A DNA stretch of 64,000 nt from Callorhinchus milii (taxonomy: Eukaryota): assembly GCF_018977255.1 (NCBI RefSeq), contig NW_024704743.1:105092001-105156000 (forward strand), given 5' to 3'. The notes under the pieces were generated by a model. It ran no database searches. It was not told the origin of the DNA and saw nothing but the letters and a program-made list of their open reading frames with translations. Shown piece by piece: positions 25,470 through 38,167 of this stretch (the first letter of the stretch is position 1; each line of letters opens with the position of its first letter). The translations under genes and the position numbers were made by a program.

Positions 25470-25580
25470 AGAGTCTCCTCTATCCAATTTTTTGGGGGGT
25501 TGAGTGAGTGAGTGAGTGAGTGTGTGGTGAGTGAGGGAAATAGAAAAACTTCGCAACAAACTTTGTGTCTCACGTGACAG
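25470..25580 (-). promoter_or_regulatory. Candidate promoter and non-coding first exon
   Basis: Donor TCT|gtaagt at 25470/25469, (TGAG)n tract at 25501-25520, E-box TCACGTGAC at 25570-25578, RUNX-type TGTGGTT at 25443. Confidence 0.3.
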
Positions 25581-26631
25581 CTTTCTCCCAACTCATTTGC
25601 TTTGTAAACCTGACCAACTGATTTATTTACATGAGAAGTTCGAAACCTTCCTGCCACCACAACCCATTTTAATTTTAGGGCACCTGTAAAAGCTTCAGGC
25701 ATATTGCAGTGCTTCAATATTTACAAGTTCTGAAAGTTTCAAATTGACTCATATATTCTGCAGGAAACCACACCATTGCAAGCTGAACTAAGGCACATAC
25801 ATGATTTTTTTTTAAAAAAACACATATTGAAGCAGACTGAAACACCTCAATTCTCCTTTTCCATAAAATGTCCTTTTTTTTCCTATCTGATAAATATTAA
25901 GTCATGATTCGCTTTGAACCAGTTTATAAAATTAAGCAAAGAGGTACTGAATTGTTGGCAGCTGTAAAAGTCAAAAAATGTTATTTATTGTATATGGCTG
26001 ACACCTCTGATGTGTAATTCTACACAATAATGTCTTGTTGCTTCTTTTGGGGTTTACAATAGAAGTAAGCTTCGAAACAAGAAAGCTCACATCAGAGTTA
26101 AAAAGTTTAATCTAGCACAACGTTTGCATAAGTTTATTTACATAATTCTGAGATGCTTTCTATGATTTATCTCCAGCTTCATGGTGGGTGAGATAATGTT
26201 TATGTAGTGATGTGCAGGTTATTTTCATCTACAATTATACAGTCACTCCTTTTCACAGTAGATCCTTCAAAGCAATTTGGGACGTGCTCAGGACATGAAA
26301 GGCCCTATATCAAATGCCAGAATTATTATATATATTATATGTAAATGTATTATATATATTGCATTCATATCAAGTTATTAAACTTTACATTCTAAATAGT
26401 TCATAAAAATATTCATCTATTATTTACTTAAAAATCTCAAACTGGTCATTTTGTGGGTTTTTTCAAAAAAAAGTAATTTCATTCTTAATGAAGTCTTGTG
26501 ATTTAACTCAGTTTGTGGAGCCATTCCGTCTCTAACTTATGCTTCTAATTTGACCAATGCAAAAAAGGATAACATTGTACTTAATTCAGTACATACCACA
26601 TACCGTATTTGCAAATATCTGATAACACCTT

Positions 26632-26679
26632 CAGTTTGTGTGCTTTTTGTTGCAGTTTGTGTGCTTTTTGTTGCAGTTT
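26632..26679. repeat. Perfect 21-bp tandem duplication
   Basis: cagtttgtgtgctttttgttg twice, plus cagttt. Confidence 0.95.
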
Positions 26680-27051
26680 CTTTAAAATATATTTCTTTGG
26701 TTTTATTTCAGGTATAAACACAGCTCTGATGTATTTTAACTTTTACCCCCTCCCTTTTGTGTGAAGGATGCTAGACTGGAAACTAATGATTTTATTCATA
26801 CATGAGCCGTTTGGTTTCTAGAATGCTGAAAATGTTTTCGATCATTTTATTCCAATGATGTGCCAGTGAGGAAGGAAGAAGCAGGCTCTTCGGGAGGAAG
26901 TGGTTGAAGCAGTGTGAGACTAATTTGTCTGCATTGAGGCCATAAAGTTCAGTAAAGCTTGATAAATTAGTTCAACCTATCAATTATATCATTTGGATTT
27001 AAAAACAAAACTATGCTAATTCTGTATTTCATCCAACTTTATAGTGTGTAT

Positions 27052-27790
27052 AGCCTGGCTTAGTGGTAACACTCTGAGTCAGAAGGTTGTGGGTTAAAGC
27101 CCTCGTCGGAACTTGGAATCACATACGTCTAAGCAGACACTCCAACGCAACGTATGTTGCATTGTCGGAGGTGCCGTCCTGTGAATGAGACGTTAAACCG
27201 GGGTCCCATCTGCCTGTTTGGGGGACGTTAAAGATCCCGTGGCACTATTCGAAAAGAGAATTTCTCCTCGTATCCTGGCCAACAATTCCACCCCCTACGA
27301 AAACACACCATGGCTGTTTATGGGACATTGTGAGCTACAGGACTGTGGAATCCTGTAGCTCAGTGGTTAGAGCACTCGCTTTGCAAGCGAGAGACCTGAG
27401 TTCAATTCCAGGCAGGGCGAGACCTTGGGCAAGTTTCCTTACTCCACACGCCTAATAATAATCCCTCCAAAACCCAAACAATAATAAATTGGTCATTTTC
27501 AATCCACAACTGTTTGTGGGACACTGCTGTGCGCAATTGGCTGCCGCGTTCGCCCACAAATATACAGTCAATTCACTTTACGGTATATTCTGTGAAGCGC
27601 TTTGGGACGTCCTCCCGACGTGAAAAGCGCTATATCAAATGCAAGGATTATTATTATTATTATTATTGCTGTGTGCAAAACTGGCTGCTACATTTCGCCC
27701 ACAAAATACAGTGTCCTGAATCTGGTTCATTCAGTTATATCCTTCTGTGACCTGCATTGAGACGTCTTAACGACATGGATTATTATTATT
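27052..27790 (+). mobile_element. Deu-domain SINE (host), split by a younger SINE
   Basis: Head gcctggcttagtggtaacactctgagtcagaaggttgtggg, Deu core ggtgccgtcctgtgaatgagacgttaaacc...gttaaagatcccgtggcactattcg; body resumes at 27668. Confidence 0.85.
27347..27667 (+). mobile_element. tRNA-Ala-headed SINE, short form, full length and young
   Basis: Cloverleaf-capable head with TGC anticodon loop, body, L2-like tail gcgctttgggacgtcctcccgacgtgaaaagcgctatatcaaatgcaagg(att)n. Confidence 0.95.
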
Positions 27791-28431
27791 TATCCTAGGG
27801 TCCAAAAGATTAGTAAAAGTTTTACTCAGTTTCATGATCAAAAGAAAAAATGAACAATTCTGCACAGATGAGAAGGCAAATCGATCATTGTGTATACATG
27901 TGTACAAATTGGCTGCTGCGTTCACCTACAAAATACAGTCACGATACTTTACAGTAAACACTGTGAGTGCATTGATAAGTCCTCCGGACATGAAAGGTGC
28001 TGTATCAAATGCAAAGATTAGTATAAGAGTTACTCCAGAGAAGATGAACTTGGGCAGGGCAGGGCTCACCCTGACAGGAGAATGGCTCCAGAGCATTTAC
28101 AACAGAATGCCTGTAACTATTCTGACAGAGACCAACCGGCTTATTTGTGTCACAGCTTTTAATACCTGCTGGTCGCGGAATTGTCAGGCTGGTCAGGGGT
28201 CAAACTCGGGCTGGTTGGGGGCTCAATAGGAGGCAGGTTTTGGGGGGTACTGTGAAACATATGGGACATTTCCAAATATTCACATGTTCTTTTCAAATGG
28301 ATCGGTCACAACCTGGAACATTTTCTAAGTTTTCATTTGAAGATTGGAGACATGTGCTGTTTTTTTTAGCAGTAAAAGCAACAAAAGGGTATAATATTTC
28401 TTAACAGAATTCTTAAATATGAATTAGAATT

Positions 28432-28680
28432 CCTACCATCTTTCCATTACAGCATCAAGGTGTTTTTTAAATGAGCCCAACAGATTGGCCTCAACCGGTT
28501 TTCCTAGTAATCTGTTCCAGTCATTAATTACCCTCAGAATAAAGAAATACTTCCTGATGTTTGTCCACAATTTCCCCTGTGCAACCCTAAACTTGTATCC
28601 TCTTGTTCTGCTATCTCTGTACATCTGAAAGAATTATTCTGGGTTTGCTTTCTCAATCCCATTAGAAAAATATTATCTAC
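28432..28680 (-). mobile_element. CR1 3' fragment
   Basis: RTRGYKFRV...IRKYFFILRVINDWNRL...FKKHLD. Confidence 0.8.
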
Positions 28681-29171
28681 AACAACAACAAGCTTGCATT
28701 TATAGAGCGCCTTTCACGTCGGGAGGACGTCCCAAGGCGCTGGACAGTTAGGTCGGGACCCGAGCAGGGGGGAAATGGCCAGGGTGAGCGGAGGGAAGGG
28801 AGAGAGCGAGGAGGGGGTAGAGAGTTGAGAGGGGAGGTGAAGGCACGGTGGAAGAGAAAGGTCTTGAGATAGGCCTTGAAGGAGGAAAGGGAGGAAGCAA
28901 GGCGAAGGCACTGGGGGATGGAGTTCCTGAGCCTAGGGGCTGAGAGGCTGAAAGCCCGGCCAACGATGGTAGGGCGGTTAGGGCGGGGGATGTGGTGCAG
29001 ACCGGAGCCAGAGGAACGGAGGGTATGAGCAGGTAAGTAGGGGGATAGTAGATCGGAGAGGTAGGAGGGAGCAAGGCCGTGAATGGCCTTGAAGGTGAGG
29101 ATGATGATCTTGAATTCGATCCTCTGGGGGATGGGGAGCCAATGGAGGCGAGCGAGGGTGGGAGTGATGTG
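28681..29171 (-). mobile_element. Young L2 3' fragment with target-site duplication ATCTAC
   Basis: (AAC)n tail; ATCTAC at 28675-28680 and 29172-29177; close to the 55988-56809 copy. Confidence 0.9.
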
Positions 29172-29560
29172 ATCTACTTAAGTGGAAGGTGTACCCATTT
29201 ACATAACTCAGTTTCAATATCAAGGAGACCCATTAAAAAAAAAGGCAAATTAGATCCCAAGGTTCTAAAACATAACAAAGTGTAATAAAGCATTGTGGAA
29301 CTGGTCTGCCATAAAGATGCTCAATCGTGTGCCATGAGAGTTAGCAAAAGGGAGATATAAAATCTGCATGTGTACTGTGGTGATCAAAATCCAGTCGAAA
29401 AGTTTTTTAATCACAATGAATAGGAAAATATGATAACTAATATAAATGGTGCACCTTTGCATATAAAGGTCAGATGACATGGAAACACAAGAATAAATCT
29501 ATTTGCATACTTTCCTTGCTCCAGACTCTACCATGTAAAGAAAGAAATACAGGGGGTGAG

Positions 29561-29680
29561 ATCAGAGAATCATAGAAGTATACAGCACAGAAGGAGGCAA
29601 TTCGGCCCATCATGTCTGTGCTGGCTCTTTGAAAAGAGCCATCCAAATCAATCCCACTCCCCCGCTCTCTCCCAATAGCC
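29561..29680 (-). mobile_element. CR1 3'-UTR fragment
   Basis: agaatcatagaagtatacagcacagaaggaggcaattcggccc; same family as 15338 and 16786. Confidence 0.8.
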
Positions 29681-29974
29681 ATCTCTCAATAGGACTAGCT
29701 TGATGAGCAAGACATCTAATGTCTCTGCTCTGAGACACTATTCTACGTGAAGGGCACCATCTAAATTGTTATTGTTTGAATGGACTTTCTTTCTTGGTAC
29801 AATGAAGGTTGTAAAGCACTGGAGACCTGCGATAGCCCTTGTCAAAGGACAGGAATAACCAGTATCATCAATTATTGAACTTTAAAATCTAAAATGACCA
29901 AAATGGCTCACTTTAGATATAATCTGGATCTCTGAGACTTTTAAATTTTAATATTGTAATCGATGACCCATTGA

Positions 29975-30620
29975 ACATAAACATAATAACATAAGAACAT
30001 AAGAAACGCTAGACAAGAAAAGACCAAGGTCCATCTAGTTTGCCTTCCACATTCCTGGCGGTCGCATGCACATATGTCCCAAACTACCTATGAACTATAT
30101 CCCATAATATTATTTCATAAAAGAAAACTATCTAATCAGTGTTTGAAAGAATCAACACTTCCTGCTTCAACCGTCTCCCTAGGGAGCCTGTTCCACAGGT
30201 TCACTATTTGCTCACTGTAATAGTGTTTGCATAGATTCATTCTGAATTTACCCCATTCAATCGCAGGACGTGTCCACTGTTTTTACTATTCTGGACAAGT
30301 TGAAACAGCCTGTCATGATCTATATTGTCTTTCCCCTTTAGAATCTTAAAGACAACAATCATATCACCTCTCAATCTTCTCTTTTCCAGCGTGAACATGC
30401 CCAATTTACTTAGTTGCTCCTCATAGTCCAGTCCTTCCATTCCCTCAATCATTCTGGTTGCCCTCCTCTGTATCTTCTTGATTTCTCCAATTTCCTTTTT
30501 GTACTGCAGGGACTAGAACCGTACACAGTACTCTAAGTATGGTCTTGCCAATGATTTATACAGTGGCAGGATTACCCCACTATTTTGGCTTGCTTTGATT
30601 TTTTGATACATCCCAACATC
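29975..30620 (-). mobile_element. CR1 3' fragment (second CR1 family)
   Basis: LYKSLARPYLEYCVRF, GMFTLEKRRLRGDMIVVFKI; (aacataag)n tail. Confidence 0.9.
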
Positions 30621-33600
30621 TGGTTGGGTGGTTCTCAGATTTTTAAAGAAACAGATTATTCTATGGTTCGTTTGGAGATTTACGCTTTTGTATTTGTCAT
30701 TCAAAGTATTGCCCTGAGGCTGGATACGTAGTAACATTCGGAAAGGTACTGGATAAGGACCTGAAATTAAAACATTAAGGAATATGGGGAAAGTGCTAGA
30801 AAGTCAGATTAATTTTGAAAAAAGGTAATTTAGTAAATCAGAAAATATTGGCACAATAGACGATGGACCAATTGGCCTCCTTCTGTGTTGATTATCTTCA
30901 TATCTTTCTTTTGTGTCACAGGATCTTTGACATCCATCTGAACAGACAGATGGGTCCTCAGTTCAAAATCCTATCTGATTTAGTCTAATGACCTCATTTT
31001 ACCAGGACAAACATGAAAATTCAGCATGTTAATATAGAGAGCTGCCTTGTAAATAATTCAAAAGAAACTATGGTATCAGGATACAGAGATGTATGATGAC
31101 AATATATAATTGTAATTATGGTGTTTTTGTAAAATGTAGATTTAGCCATAATGCAACCAAAGTAAGTTATCTTTTAAGGTACTGGAATTTTTCTATAGAA
31201 AATTTAAATAGTATGTGGTTTTGCTGCATTGAAATTACATCCCATCAAGTTCTCTGTATGTAAAACAATTTCCTTTCAGAAATTACTACTTTAACTTTGG
31301 TGTTGTGTTTTTTCCCATTAATAAGAAACTCAGGAATACTGGGTCTAGTTTGCTATATTTCTTGATTTAATTCAGCTTTAAGGTTTTTTAATTAAGGAAT
31401 CCGTCAGAATTCCTGTCAACCTTGAGAAGCAATTTGTGTCATTCCAGTGGTCAGTTCTTCTGCAAGTTAGATCTCAAATACTTCTAGAATTGTTCTGGCT
31501 ATATACAAGGTGTTTAATTTTATTATAAGGGTAAGAGGGCCTCAGTGGAAATGAACATTTTTAATTATTCTAAATCTCCTATTCTCAAATTCTATTGAAT
31601 TTAGTAGTTGTCAAATCATTTGTCTTGCTCGCACACATTCATGCACAAACACACACACACCCCTTCAGATGCTGACTGAAGACCTAGCAAGGGTGAGATC
31701 AATCTGCTCATAGCCAAGGGTTACTTTGACCTCTTAAACATACCAATTATTTCTTGGAGCTTGATAATAAAGTAAAAAATATGGTTCAGTACAAGCAAGT
31801 GTTTTTTTTCTGTTTCCACATACTCATAATATTTTTTTCACACAGAAATCTAAACTGAGAAAAATTTATTTGCTGGATCTTGGCATGTTCTGCTTTGTTT
31901 GAGACAAATGTGACCTTTCTCACAATGTGGGAAATGCAGCAGCAGGTACTTGGCTCCACCTACTGTAAAATCCGGTACATAATTTGCTCTTTCACACAAG
32001 TTTTGGTTTCCTCTGAACACAGAAATGTCATTTCTTAAATGGTAGCAAGGACCTGATTAGAAGAGGAGAACCCCATTCTGCAGAATTAAGAGGGATGCAA
32101 GTGAGTCCTTTGCACACACAATACTTATTGAAAAATGACACATGATGTGATAATTATTAGCAGTGATAATAATAATTCTTGCAATTGATATAGCGCCTTA
32201 TGTTGTTGAACCATCTCAACGCGCTTCACAAAACATACTGTAAACTGTATTGACTACATATACATAAGTATTACCAGTGTTAATTATTATATTTATGACA
32301 ACCACACCAGTTAAACTATCCGCTGATTGTGAGGAGTGAGCCTCTCCTCCTGACTTTGGCATCATGAATGGGCCCAAAAACAACCACACAATTTCAGCCA
32401 TTGCCGTTGATTTTTCTGATCATGGTGTTTTGAGTGCTGCTTCATGGCTCGAACTTAAGAACTTTTGATACTTACGATTTATCATTAGAAAATTATTGCT
32501 GAAAACTTATTGCAGCTAAATAATGTTGCTCAGTGCCCAAAGTTTGTTGATTGTAGAAGCATTTTACCCACAAATCCTGCATTAGATAGAAAGAGATCTG
32601 CATGGCAGTGGGATTTCCAAATGCAGAAATGTTCAAATGTGACTTTTTATCTGAAAGCATCTAAAACTTGCTAATGGCATTATGCGTGTATGTGTTTGTG
32701 TGTATGTGTGGCCTAAATGGGAAATATTAATCACAATAAACATAATTATTTTGAAAAATGCTACTAGAAAGGGAAAAAAAGTGCTAAAGCGAGTGAATTT
32801 TAAGTGTTTAAGGAGATGAAGAGCCGTCTAGATACTCCATCATGAATTATTCAAATTAAGCTTCAAATATGAGTGGGTGAGGTTCACAAACTCTCAACTA
32901 AAAAAAATTGATACTACAGTATTTTATCCAGTATTCAAATGCCTATTTTGGAATTTCACAAAACTTTATCAATGTTTATTTGGTTAATGAAAAATGGAAA
33001 CATTATTTGAACAGATAAATGTGGTCATGCACATGTTGTTTCGTGGGACATTACTGTGCACAAATGTGCTGCCGTGTTTGCTTACAAATACACAGTGACT
33101 GCAGTTTAGAGTAAACCCTATGCTGTGAGACATTCTCACAAATGTGACAGGCGCTAGCACAAATGCAGAGATTATTATTAAAACTTAAACAAAAGGAAGC
33201 ACTTGCATTTTTATTGAGATTCATCCCATCAGATCGTCTCGAAGCGCTTCTTAACCAATTACTTTTCGAGGGCAATGATTGTATTTGTAGGTATTTTGCA
33301 CCTTCCGGGTCCCATAAACAGCTATGAGAAGATTGGAGGATCGTTAGCCAGAGATTTGGGAGAAACTCGCCTTTGGAAAAAGTATCATGAGATCTTTAAG
33401 GTACGTGAAAAACAATCAATTATATGTATTCTGGAAATGAAAACAACCACAAATGACACTTGTACAGCGCCCTTCACATTCAAAAGACATTAATTAATTA
33501 AAAAACATTAATTATCCTAAGAATTATTAAAGTGAATCTACAACGAAACATCGGTAGGCATGTTGTAACCGTTTATGATTGTACTGCCGTTGTGCCTTAT

Positions 33601-34192
33601 TGTGTGTCTGCGTTTGTAACTGAAGCATGCACAAGCTATGATATCTCATATGTTCAATTGAGTGAAGTGTTACTGCCACGCAAAATAGCTCCACATCAAA
33701 ATTCTGACATGCACCAATGTCAAGAGTATTAAAAAAGCTACTTTTTGAAATAATGATTATAGCCTGTGGAAATGAATTGATGCAATATTTTCTCTCGTGA
33801 GACTTTTATGAACGGCCTTAAACTCCCTCAGCAATGATCCAGAAACAGTTCTGAAAAGTTTGTTTGGAACCTATGCTGCAACTTCACTTAATGTTGAGTT
33901 CCCTTTCACTTCCTCACCTGTCATTGTATTGCATCCCAAACCATTGCATTGTTTCCCAAATCATTGCATTCTTTCTTTATCCTGTCATTGGATTCACTCT
34001 CTAACTTATCATTTCATTCCCTCTCTGGCTATTACATTCCCCCACTGTTAGACATTATGGGTTTCTGTCAACACTTTAGGTTCACTTTACTTTTCCAACC
34101 AAATATCTCTTTCCTAATTCACTATTTCAGTAATTTATATATTTGCCACTTATTCCTTCCTTCTCTCTCCACCCATTAGGTATGTGCATTGT

Positions 34193-34397
34193 ATAATAAT
34201 CCCTCCAAAAAAACAATAATAAATTGGTCATTTTCAATCCACGACTGTTTGCGGGACACTGCTGTGCGCAATTGGCTGCTGCGTTTTGCCCACAAATATA
34301 CAGTCAATTCACTTTACAGCATATTCTGTGAAGCGCTTTGAAATGTTGAGAAGACGTGAAAAGCACTATATCAAATGCAAGGATTATTATTATTATT
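34193..34397 (+). mobile_element. SINE, headless short form
   Basis: aataatccctccaaaa...body...(att)n tail, as in the 27347 copy. Confidence 0.85.
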
Positions 34398-34589
34398 AAA
34401 GTGCAACATTAAGGAAGGGACAGAGACAGTACTTAATGTGAGATTCTAGGCACTATATTATTTGATTGTTGGTGGTACACATACTACAATTAACATCAAA
34501 AGAAAAATATTGCACCTTGTGTGGAGTCTCTTGTAGCCAAACATAATAAATAAAAACAAACAAAAATACAGCTGTCAAGCAAGAAATTA

Positions 34590-34782
34590 GGACCTCCAAC
34601 GCCTTGCCCCATCTCTCCCCTCTTTCAAGTCCTGCCTGAAAACTTTCCTGTTCCACAGTGCTTATGGCCTCCTACCCTCTCCCCCCGACTCGGAGTCAGG
34701 CTCCGCCATTGTTAAGCGTTCTGAGACTCTACTCTGCATGGAGGGCGCTATATAAGTGCAAGTTGTTGTTGTTGTTGTTGTT
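34590..34782 (+). mobile_element. L2 3' end
   Basis: gagggcgctatataagtgcaag(ttg)n tail. Confidence 0.75.
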
Positions 34783-34877
34783 GGTATGAAAACCGGCTGC
34801 TTCTTTTATTCTGTAAGGCCACTTCCCCAAAGAAACCACTAGTGCTCCAATATGTTGATGCTGTAAGTGCGTCTGAG

Positions 34878-35096
34878 ATAATAATAATAATAATCCTTGC
34901 ATTTAATCACGTCTTTGAAACGTCTCAAAGCGATATTGTAAAGATATTTTGTGGGCAAAACGTGGCAACCAATTGTGCACAGCAGTGTTCCATAAACAGT
35001 CGTGAATTGAGTGACCAAATTTTTTTTTGATTTTTTTTTTGAAGGGATTATTATCAACTAACAACTGGGTTCCTACTTACCTGTAGGTAAACAGAG
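34878..35096 (-). mobile_element. SINE, headless long form
   Basis: (taa)n tail, body, ctgggttcctacttacctgtaggtaaacagag block. Confidence 0.8.
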
Positions 35097-35524
35097 AATT
35101 TATAACTCATATATTTGCTTAGCTGAATTAATTTTAAATATGATACATTACATAAATTTGTGTCATCATTCCAAGTCTGTCTGTCTGCCTGCCTGTCTGT
35201 CTGCCTAACTAACTAAATAACTATTTTCCCATGTTACTTTATTACTTACTTTATCTAAGCACTTTGAGACATCCTGTCACTATGAAAGATAGTACGTAAA
35301 TACAAATTATATTGCATTTACTAATTGAAAGTCCCGTTGGTTCCTACAGCAACTTTGCAGCTAATGAGAGTCAAGAGTTAGAATAATGTTCCGTTTAAAA
35401 TGATAATTTCTCTGTTTGTTCAGTAATATGATCATGTAACATGCTATTTGTAACCTGTGCCGCTTCGCTGGAGTGAAATTGATCTTGTAATATCAATGGT
35501 TTTGGAGGAAATGTAAAGACAAGT

Positions 35525-35536
35525 GAGGAAGTGAAA
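35525..35536 (+). promoter_or_regulatory. ETS-IRF composite element (PU.1/IRF-type) motif match
   Basis: GAGGAAGTGAAA fits the GGAANNGAAA consensus, in unique DNA; motif match only. Confidence 0.3.
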
Positions 35537-36669
35537 GAGATCAGACTTTTCTTGCTACGCACTTGACTCTGGGGTGTTTTCCAGTTTAAAAGTGATGCTC
35601 CCAGTATCTAGCCAACAATCCCACAGATATAATTATCATTAACTTCATGGCTGTTTGTCGGACATTGCTGCGTGCAAATTAGCTGCTGTGTTTGCCAATA
35701 AAATATACAGTCACTACACATTACAGTAAATCATGTGACATGCTTTAAGACATCCTGCTGATTATTCATATAATAATAATCCTTGCATTTGATGGTCTTC
35801 ACAAAGTTATCAATGAAAACTCGAAATACAGTGCTATTGCTAACACAAAGCTAGTTCCAGCCGTTTTGTAGAGTAAATGGACACAACGGTGTGAACTTTG
35901 CCGACTGAAGGGCTTTTTTTGGCTAGCAGTGGGAATGGCCTACATCCTAGGAATCAGTTTCGAACTCCTGAGCTTGCGGGGGTGGGGAGTGTAGGGGATG
36001 GGTGGGTGGAGAGGGGAGAAAGTAAGACAGTTACCCACGTCTTCAAACTCCAGGGATCTCTCTCTCTCTCCCTCCAAACCTCTTGGCCTTCAAATGAAAT
36101 TAAAACCACAGTAAAATGGGCCTCATACACAGCCCATTCCCTTTGCTCAGGAACCTCCAACAATCTCTCCTCCTGACCCCTACCTTTCTGTCTCCCCCCA
36201 GCTCAAAGTAGGCAAGCTGTAAGCCTTTTACTCGAGACCCATTTTTATCGCACTCCAGGGTCTACAGTGAGATGTTTGCTCCATATCATTATTAGAATTT
36301 GCCTGTCATCTTATTTTTGATTGAATTACTTCATCTCCTACCTGTAAACAGAATTATTTTGAGGAGATATATTCTTAACAGATTAATTTATGTAATATAT
36401 TTAAAACTGACCCTGTCCCTTTAAGAATAATGTGACACAAAGAGCAGGAATCAAATGAGTGAATAGTTTCCAAATGCAAATTACTGAGAGAACAAAGAAG
36501 TGTGTTCATGTACGTTCCAGGGGATAAGCTACAGGAACATCAAACACAAAAGAAGTGAATGGTTTCAGATCACAAGCCTACAAAGGTTGGCAGGTGTCCT
36601 AACTTACAATGACATAAACAGGAAGTGCACTAAAACAACCCCAAATGCATACCTCAAATCTTTCAGCGT

Positions 36670-37002
36670 GGATGTTCTGTAGTTCAGTGGTTAGAGCACT
36701 TGCCTTGCAAGCGAGAAACCTCGGTTCAATTCCCGGTAGGGCAAAATGTTGGGCACATTCTTACTCCAGACGCCTCTGTTTATCTAGCAGTAAGTAAGAA
36801 ATCCAGTTGTTAGTCGATTATAATAATAAATTGGTCACTTCAATCCACGTCTGTTTGTGGGACACTGCTGTGCACAATTGGCTGCCACGTTTTGCCCACA
36901 AAATATACAGTCAATTCACTTTACAGTATATTCTGTGAAGTGCTTTGAGACATCTCAAAGATGTGATAAGGTGGTATATCCAATGCAAGGATTATTATTA
37001 TT
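36670..37002 (+). mobile_element. tRNA-Ala-headed SINE, long form
   Basis: Head with TGC loop, gcctctgtttatctagcagtaagtaag block, body, tail. Confidence 0.9.
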
Positions 37003-37319
37003 AAGACTCCCCCAGAATGGAATTAGCTATCATGGACTTAGTTGATCAGATATGTGTGAATTTCTAGTTGACTGTGGACATGGTACAGGGAAATGAGAAA
37101 CAAAGCCTGATACCTTACGGAATCCCCAGATGCAGAAGGAAGTTAATTTGTTCACTATGCCACTATCAAAAGACACACCAGTATTTATCAGTTGAAACAA
37201 TAGCATGTGGAAATGTGATCTCTGGCAAGAGTATTGTAACTCTTTGAAAACTGAATTTCACAGTTGAACTACCTCTACGTTATATTAATATTTAAGGTAT
37301 GGTCCTGGGTTTTATAGGT

Positions 37320-37845
37320 GAGGTTGGGGTTATTGAAATCAATCTGCTGGGAGCCTGACGTGGACTGGGGTGATGGATATCCAACATTTGGTGTGTGAGA
37401 ATGGAGCTATTGAAGCATTGGATAAGTTGTTGCTGATGAATGATCGAGCTTGGGAAAACAGTGAGGAGTGTATTCGTAAGTATATGTATAAGGGAACAAA
37501 GGGGTGAATAAGAGTTTCAGTGTTTTGGTGTGCGATAGGGGCAGCAGCAGGCCAGATGATGGAAGTGAAGGAAAGCAGCAACAACATCAAATTTAAATGG
37601 AAATGGTGAGTTTCATGTCAGGAGGATGCCTCCAGAATAGGTCCAGAGAGCAGGGGCAGATAGGCTGAAACTCTGACCAACGATGGTAGGGCAGGTAGAG
37701 TAAGGAATGTGAAGCAAGCCAGTGCCCACTGAGTGGAGAGAGCGGGTGGGTTTTACAGTTTGATAAGGTTGCCGAGGTAGGTGGGGCAAGACCATGGAAG
37801 AATTTACAGGTTAAGACGAGCAGTCGTGGTTAGGAACTGAATGTC
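37320..37845 (-). mobile_element. Old L2 fragment
   Basis: RSLHSVGTGLLHIP...PTIVGQSFSLSAPALW; TETLIHPFV. Confidence 0.7.
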
Positions 37846-38167
37846 ATAATAATAATAATAATAATCCTTGCATTTGATATAGCGCTTTTCACGTCGGGAG
37901 GACGTCCCAAAGCGCTTCACAGAATAGACTGTAAAGTGAATTGACTGTATATTTGTGGGCGAACGCGGCAGCCAATTGCGCACAGCAATGTCCCACAAAC
38001 AGTCGTAGATTGAAAATGACCAATTTATTATTGATTTTGTTTTTTGGAGGGATTATTATTAGGCGTGTGGAGTAAGGAAACTTGCCCAAGGTTTCGCCCT
38101 GCCTGGAATTGAACTCAGGTCTCTCACTTGCAAAGCGAGTGCTCTAACCACTGAGCTACAGGACTCC
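37846..38167 (-). mobile_element. tRNA-Ala-headed SINE, short form, full length and young
   Basis: Near-identical to 27347-27667 in reverse complement. Confidence 0.95.

Noticed and set aside
27350..27421. tRNA-Ala(TGC) gene calls here and at 21991, 36674, 38095-38167 and 48420-48488
   Set aside because: Each is fused to the SINE body and tail and the copies differ in stem and loop bases; they are SINE heads, not tRNA genes
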